Shown one piece after another: positions 58,969 through 64,000 of a stretch of 64,000 nt of DNA (position 1 is the first letter of the stretch; each line of letters begins with the position of its first letter). Source of the stretch: Bdellovibrionales bacterium (GTDB lineage Bacteria > Bdellovibrionota > Bdellovibrionia > Bdellovibrionales > UBA1609); NCBI GenBank assembly GCA_041690295.1, contig JAWLHR010000004.1, positions 114,031-178,030 on the forward strand, given 5' to 3'. Below the pieces are notes generated by a model, which was given only the letters and a program-made list of their open reading frames with translations, had not been told where the DNA came from and ran no database searches. The position numbers and the translations under genes are program-made.

Positions 58969-59887
58969 TGATCGTGGGCACTCCTTCGCTGTTCCAGCCC
59001 GGCAGGAAGTACCAATTGCCAGCGGTTTTTTCCGGGTGACTCTGATCGGCTTTTCCGAGCTTCAGCGAAGACTTACCCACCATGTAACCGATGGCGATTC
59101 CCAGCGGATAATCACTGGCCCAATGCACGCCATTGTTGACCATCGCGAATCCGAGAATGGACAGGTACGCGATTTCCGTCGGCCATAACCACCAATCATG
59201 TTCCGGATAATTGCCGCGAATGATGGTGAACACCAAAGTGGACGTCATGATATGGCCACTGGGAACGGCATCGTATTTGGCCGTATTGGCGTCATAATCT
59301 TTGGGCGACGGAAAAGGCCGCCAAGCCCCCCGGGGAACGGTTCGATCCGATGGAGCCTCGCGTCCGGTCGAACGTTTGATGAGCTGGTTGAAGAAGGTCG
59401 AGATCGCCATACCATGAATGAGCTGAAGACCGGTATTGTAGGGCCGGGGATAGTCATTCAGGTATCCCGTCGCGAACATGCCCACGGCGGTCCCGATGTG
59501 AAGCCAGCCGTCACCGAGAAAGTAAAACGCGGAATTCGCATCGGAGGGGAGGCGAAGGATGTCGTACTTTCCGACTTTATAGACCGTTCTGGTCTTGTCC
59601 GTATTGCTCAAGCCCCAGCCGCGTCCGGTCCTCTGGGTCCCTTCGTAAATGTCCGCATCGTAGTGATAAAGAACCACGCTGGTGCTGAGGACCGCGAACC
59701 AGCCGGGGAAGGCTTCACAACAGAAAGAGTTTTTAAGGAAATCCCAGGCGGTACGGGGCATCTCCGTGATGGTCTTTTCGATCGGGATTTTTTCCTGATT
59801 CTGAAGAGAGTACGGCGTCTCTTCCGCGAAAGTGGAAAATGGGATGCCCAAACAAAGGAGTAAAATTCCTAAAATTCGAATGTTCAT
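58949..59887 (-). CDS. PAP2 family protein (variant motifs)
   Basis: KRSTGREAP, PSGH, HWASD. Confidence 0.8.
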   Translation of the reverse strand: MNIRILGILLLCLGIPFSTFAEETPYSLQNQEKIPIEKTITEMPRTAWDFLKNSFCCEAFPGWFAVLSTSVVLYHYDADIYEGTQRTGRGWGLSNTDKTRTVYKVGKYDILRLPSDANSAFYFLGDGWLHIGTAVGMFATGYLNDYPRPYNTGLQLIHGMAISTFFNQLIKRSTGREAPSDRTVPRGAWRPFPSPKDYDANTAKYDAVPSGHIMTSTLVFTIIRGNYPEHDWWLWPTEIAYLSILGFAMVNNGVHWASDYPLGIAIGYMVGKSSLKLGKADQSHPEKTAGNWYFLPGWNSEGVPTINATVYF

Positions 59888-59939
59888 GGTGTAATTTCGT
59901 CGCATTTCATGAGAATCACGATTAAGAGTCAACCTTAAA

Positions 59940-60488
59940 ATGATTCAGAACTGGATTCGACATTTACAGCACTATGCCAATCGAATTTGGTATCCCCCTT
60001 TGATCGGGTTGTTGGCCTTTTTGGATTGCTTCATCGTGATAGTGCCGACGGATGGCATTTTGATTTCCAGCGCCATGCTGACGCCGAAACGATGGGTTGT
60101 CTTCGCGCTCCATGTGGCGATTGGGTCAACCATCGGCGCCGTTTCATTGGCCTTGCTAGTTGAGGTGATGGGATTACCGTGGGTTCTTCAATACTACCCG
60201 GGAATTGATCAAACCGAAATCTGGATGCTGACGCAGAACTTTTTTGATCGATACGGCTTGCTCGTTGTCTTTGGTATTTCCGCCACACCCCTTATGCAAC
60301 AACCCATGCTCATTTTGGCGGGGCTGGCGAGCACAAAGCTCGTTCCCCTTCTCGCAGCGGTTTTTCTGGGGCGCCTGATGAAGTTCATGATCATGGCGTA
60401 TGCCGGTGCGCGGGGTCCCGGACTGGTGCGCAAAATGTGGGGAGTCAAAAGCGAACTCAAGCGGGTGGGTATTAAACTGGATAACTAA
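59940..60488 (+). CDS. YqaA/DedA (VTT-domain) membrane protein
   Basis: VPTD, GSTIG, ATPL, FLGRLMKF. Confidence 0.75.
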   Translation: MIQNWIRHLQHYANRIWYPPLIGLLAFLDCFIVIVPTDGILISSAMLTPKRWVVFALHVAIGSTIGAVSLALLVEVMGLPWVLQYYPGIDQTEIWMLTQNFFDRYGLLVVFGISATPLMQQPMLILAGLASTKLVPLLAAVFLGRLMKFMIMAYAGARGPGLVRKMWGVKSELKRVGIKLDN

Positions 60489-60518
60489 AAAAAAGACCGT
60501 TCCCGTCGGAACGGCCTT
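60487..60518 (-). terminator. Rho-independent terminator
   Basis: Minus strand AAGGCCGTTCC-GACG-GGAACGGTCTT followed by a T run. Confidence 0.7.
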
Positions 60519-60551
60519 GTGGAAGGATGGTGGCATTTGCCGTCCATTGGA

Positions 60552-61091
60552 TTATGGAGCGGCTTTTAGTTCATCAATTTTCTTTTGCAATTCAGCATCG
60601 GTCATGTGGCTCACATGGGGATTCCCATGTGGCAGCTTGCAGTACCCGCGGAACTCCGGACCCTTGACCGTGAAATATTGGGAAGCGATTTCCAAACATC
60701 CGTGCCGAGTGACGCAAACCACGCCGGGGATGGGATTTTGTCCCTGAAGCTGAGTGGCTATTCCCATCTTCACGGATTTACCGGGACCATCCAAAATACA
60801 GACGTAGTATCCGCCTTCGGTATTCGAGTGACCGGGATTATTATTTAATCCGGGCGGAGTTTGTCCGGGAGGACCTTTCGGCCGAGGCCCCTCGTTATTG
60901 TTTCCCGTATCTTCATCCGGTTGCAAGATCTCACCCTCGGCATCCTCCGGATCATTTTGAATCACAGGCACGAGTTGGCTGTCGCTTTTAAAATTGGTCG
61001 CGCTGGTTTCCTCGCTAAACGTGCTCTTCTGGCAGTTTTGAAACAGAATCAACATGGATCCGGTTGCCAGTATCGCGATAACCTTTTTCAT
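60552..61091 (-). CDS. FQNC-type lipoprotein, hypothetical
   Basis: MKKVIAILATGSMLILFQNC, low-complexity linker, 4-Cys C-terminal domain. Confidence 0.75.
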   Translation of the reverse strand: MKKVIAILATGSMLILFQNCQKSTFSEETSATNFKSDSQLVPVIQNDPEDAEGEILQPDEDTGNNNEGPRPKGPPGQTPPGLNNNPGHSNTEGGYYVCILDGPGKSVKMGIATQLQGQNPIPGVVCVTRHGCLEIASQYFTVKGPEFRGYCKLPHGNPHVSHMTDAELQKKIDELKAAP

Positions 61092-61345
61092 CTTTGCCCC
61101 CCGTATTGCCACCACCCCATTCACTCATGCAAGCCGCCGGCCCGGCTCTCAACGGATTCCTTGTGCATCGCTGGAAACGTTCTTTTCACTGATTAAACTG
61201 TCTACAACAGCGGTGGCGCGATTCGTGGCTCATAATGATTCAGGCGATTAAACGGTTTGATTCCCTCGAGTTATGAAATCTCATGTTGAGAACTGTCTAC
61301 AAAAACCAAGGCTCGCAGACCCGTCTCCTGGTAAACTGCTATTAT

Positions 61346-62197
61346 ATGAAGGTGGGGAGACCTAGCGTTTACGAGTATCATGATTATCGCGCCTTTCTGC
61401 GCGATATGATCGCGTATCACGGGCGATCCAAGTATCTTTCCCTGCGTAAGCTGGCGAAAAAAATTGGTCTTTCCCACGGGTATTTTTCCCTCGTCTTAAA
61501 AGAACAACGAAATCTGAGCGAGAAAGCTCTGGCGTCCACAGCCAAGGAGCTCGGGTTGAAGCCGGCTGAGGTTCAGTATCTTTCTTATCTGGTTCAGTTG
61601 GCGGATTCCGGTTCGGCGGAAGATCGAAACAAGGCGTTTCGCGAGTTGATGGGGGCTCCGAAATATAAGGAGCGCCATCCCGAGGAATTTGAAACCTACA
61701 AATATCTGGAAAACTGGGTCAATGTCGTCATCCGCGAACTCGCGCAGACGGACGGGTTTCAAGCGGATCCGAAATGGATCCAAAAACAAATTCCATTTTC
61801 CGTATCGATCAAAGAAATCGAAGAGAGTTTGCGGTTTTTGACCGAGCGGAAATTTCTGGTCCCGGACGCCAACGGTCGATTGGTGGTGGCCGAACGGGAT
61901 ATCAAGTGTGTCGGCGGCGTTTACCAACTGTCCTTGGGGAATTTTCATTCCAATATGCTGGAGCTGGCGCGAAAGGGACTGAAGCTCTTTCGCCGTCCGC
62001 AGCGCAAACAAATCGGCTACACGCTGGCTCTGGCCAAAGAGGACTTCGAAGCGGTTAGAAACATTTTGGAAGAAGCGAAAGAAAAAATAAAAGCCTTGGA
62101 AAAAAAGAGTTCCGGAAAACCCTCGGATACAGTTTATCATATTAACTTCTCCGCGTTTCCGTTAGCCGGAAAGGGATGCAGCAATGATGAAACGTAA
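61346..62197 (+). CDS. TIGR02147-like HTH/DUF4423 protein
   Basis: YEYHDYRAFL, SLRKLAKKIGLSHGY HTH, W…VIREL, FHSNML, VYHINFSAFPL. Confidence 0.8.
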   Translation: MKVGRPSVYEYHDYRAFLRDMIAYHGRSKYLSLRKLAKKIGLSHGYFSLVLKEQRNLSEKALASTAKELGLKPAEVQYLSYLVQLADSGSAEDRNKAFRELMGAPKYKERHPEEFETYKYLENWVNVVIRELAQTDGFQADPKWIQKQIPFSVSIKEIEESLRFLTERKFLVPDANGRLVVAERDIKCVGGVYQLSLGNFHSNMLELARKGLKLFRRPQRKQIGYTLALAKEDFEAVRNILEEAKEKIKALEKKSSGKPSDTVYHINFSAFPLAGKGCSNDET

Positions 62198-62792
62198 TGC
62201 CGGCGCTCTTCTCGTATCCATTTTGGGCTTGGCCTTGATGATCGCCTTTCAAAATTGCGCGAGACAAGGCACGGAAACAAGCGATCCATCGGCGGGAACC
62301 GAAACCGGTGATCCCTCTTTGCGCATTGAGTTTTCCGCTTATAACCAGACCTCGTTATTGGAAAAGCTGATCTTGCCGCGGGCTTACGCGGCGGTGGCCG
62401 GCGCGCAAATGTGCGTTCACCAGATTCGTATGTTCAAAAAACAACCTTCCCCGGGTGCGGGAGTTGTTGTCGTTGACGTGAATGGCTTGATCACGCTTTC
62501 GCCAAGTGGAACGCTGATCGGTGAGTTTGAGATTGAGTCCGCGGTTTACCAGCGGGTGGATATCATGGTGAAGGATGAGTGCGGCGTGGGTCTTTCCATT
62601 CAAGTGCAAAATGATAGCGGCACTTTCACCGGCACTCTGCCCAAGATCCTGCGCTTTAACGGCGAGTTCGAAGTGAAAAACGAAAATGAACGCCTGGTGT
62701 TGGATATCGTTCCATTTATCAACTTCTTCGATACCGTCACCTCGGATGCCGAATTGGGCGCCGGCGTGGAGAATATCGAAAGTCAGTTCTAA
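62184..62792 (+). CDS. FQNC-type lipoprotein, hypothetical
   Basis: IAFQNC, GTETGDP motif; overlaps the upstream gene by 14 nt. Confidence 0.75.
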   Translation: MMKRNAGALLVSILGLALMIAFQNCARQGTETSDPSAGTETGDPSLRIEFSAYNQTSLLEKLILPRAYAAVAGAQMCVHQIRMFKKQPSPGAGVVVVDVNGLITLSPSGTLIGEFEIESAVYQRVDIMVKDECGVGLSIQVQNDSGTFTGTLPKILRFNGEFEVKNENERLVLDIVPFINFFDTVTSDAELGAGVENIESQF

Positions 62793-62946
62793 GTGTGGCG
62801 GCGGGCCAAGCGAACCTAATTTACAGTTCTCCCACATTTTGATATCCAAGGAAAATTCTTTAACTCGAGTTGGATGCGGGGGGGGGGATGAAATGGTTCG
62901 GGTATTGGCCATTCTTATAAGTTTTGCCGCCATGGTCGGATCGACG

Positions 62947-63570
62947 ATGAGGGTTTCATTTGGATTCGCATTGGTTACGCTTTTTCCATTTGCCGCAAAT
63001 GCGGCGGACATTTCGCCGTTCTTCAGTGCGGGGCTCGAATTTGGCGGTGATAAGCTCGTCGACATCACCTATTCGGATGGTTCGAATTCCGACATCCGCG
63101 CCGGGCGGGGAATTCTTCTTTCCGGTGGCGCCGTTTTCGTCCTGAGTGATACCGCTCCTCATAGATTCGAGCTGCAACCGTCGTTGGGGATTAAGTGGAC
63201 AGGGGTTAAAGAAGCGGAGAACGGATCCGTCGACTTTTACCGGTTTCCGATCGAAGTCCTCAGTTTTTATCGAAACACGGATAGCCATTTTCGTATCGGT
63301 GGGGGTGTTACTTATCAAGTTCGCAACGAGCTGAAGGGGACCAAAGATGCCGCTCTCGCTTCGACCAGGTTTGAAAACGCCCTCGGTCTGGTGCTGCAAG
63401 GTGATTTCATGGTGGGAAAACATCGCAACATGGGATTCGGACTTCGCTACACGGCGATCAAGTATGAACCCAAGGTGGGCGGTGACTCAGTGAATGGAAG
63501 TAGTATCGGTTTTATTTTCACCTTCGTTTTCCCCTCGCGGGAAGAAATCGCTCAATCTGAATCGCCATGA
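62947..63570 (+). CDS. Small outer-membrane beta-barrel protein
   Basis: Signal peptide (…AANA), FGGDKL, about 8 amphipathic strands; start uncertain (62893 possible). Confidence 0.75.
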   Translation: MRVSFGFALVTLFPFAANAADISPFFSAGLEFGGDKLVDITYSDGSNSDIRAGRGILLSGGAVFVLSDTAPHRFELQPSLGIKWTGVKEAENGSVDFYRFPIEVLSFYRNTDSHFRIGGGVTYQVRNELKGTKDAALASTRFENALGLVLQGDFMVGKHRNMGFGLRYTAIKYEPKVGGDSVNGSSIGFIFTFVFPSREEIAQSESP

Positions 63571-63783
63571 AGCGAGGCGAAGACATTGCCGTAGAGTTTG
63601 GTGATTTTTATCTGATTCACCAGAATGTTCCGGGAAAGCGCCACACCGATGATCAGCCAGGTCAGCTTTAGAATTGATGAGGTTAAATCCATTTCGCCGG
63701 GGGCATTTATGGTTGTGGCGACAAAACCATCACGCGCTCGGGAAATTGCCTTGCGGAGCCCGAAGATCCGAAACCCGCCCTAA
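63567..63783 (+). pseudogene. Possible frameshifted remnant of a cupin/AraC N-terminal domain gene
   Basis: ATGA-coupled MKRGEDIAVEFGDFYLIHQNVPGKRH stops early; another frame continues QVSFRIDEVKSISPGAFMVV. Confidence 0.3.
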
Positions 63784-64000
63784 TTAACTCGCCCGTTGAT
63801 ATGCGGTCGGGTCTTCGTCCGCGTAAATTCCCGGTCCATAACATGGTCATTCGACGTAAGAGAAATCGACCTCAGGAGTGAGTCCGGAATTTTGCCATTT
63901 TCACTAATGCCCATGGTGCAGGGGCCCCACCATCTAGAATGTAAGTTTTCGCTTCCATTCGGAGCTGCTGAATTCTATAGCAACCCTGTCTCCAGGGGAT

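Noticed and set aside
63784..64000. Gene at the extreme right end
   Set aside because: Only short open frames; a possible minus-strand C-terminus (…EWKRKLTF*) cannot be supported without the next window.

Overview
Bacterial chromosomal segment, most likely Bdellovibrionota (inferred from F-x-N-C lipoproteins, a TIGR02147-like protein and many secreted hypotheticals). Core genes: plsC, sucAB, fur, uvrA, hemB, maf, lgt, nrdAB, acs, waaA. Highlights: (1) a four-gene operon at 19.4-23.3 kb behind a sigma-54-type promoter, encoding an unannotated 54-aa secreted peptide, an orphan family-5 solute-binding protein, a stand-alone YcaO enzyme and a sensor histidine kinase, a candidate RiPP-based peptide signalling system; (2) an adjacent single-ORF IS1-like element with perfect 23-bp terminal inverted repeats and a D-D-N triad; (3) a ~240-nt multi-hairpin candidate ncRNA at 4.95-5.19 kb with local resemblance to the RNase P specificity domain; (4) three overlapping outer-membrane beta-barrel + large lipoprotein gene pairs, one lipoprotein carrying a pore-forming-toxin-like Ser-rich hairpin. 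No rRNA, tRNA or CRISPR array was seen. All calls are by eye; no searches were run.
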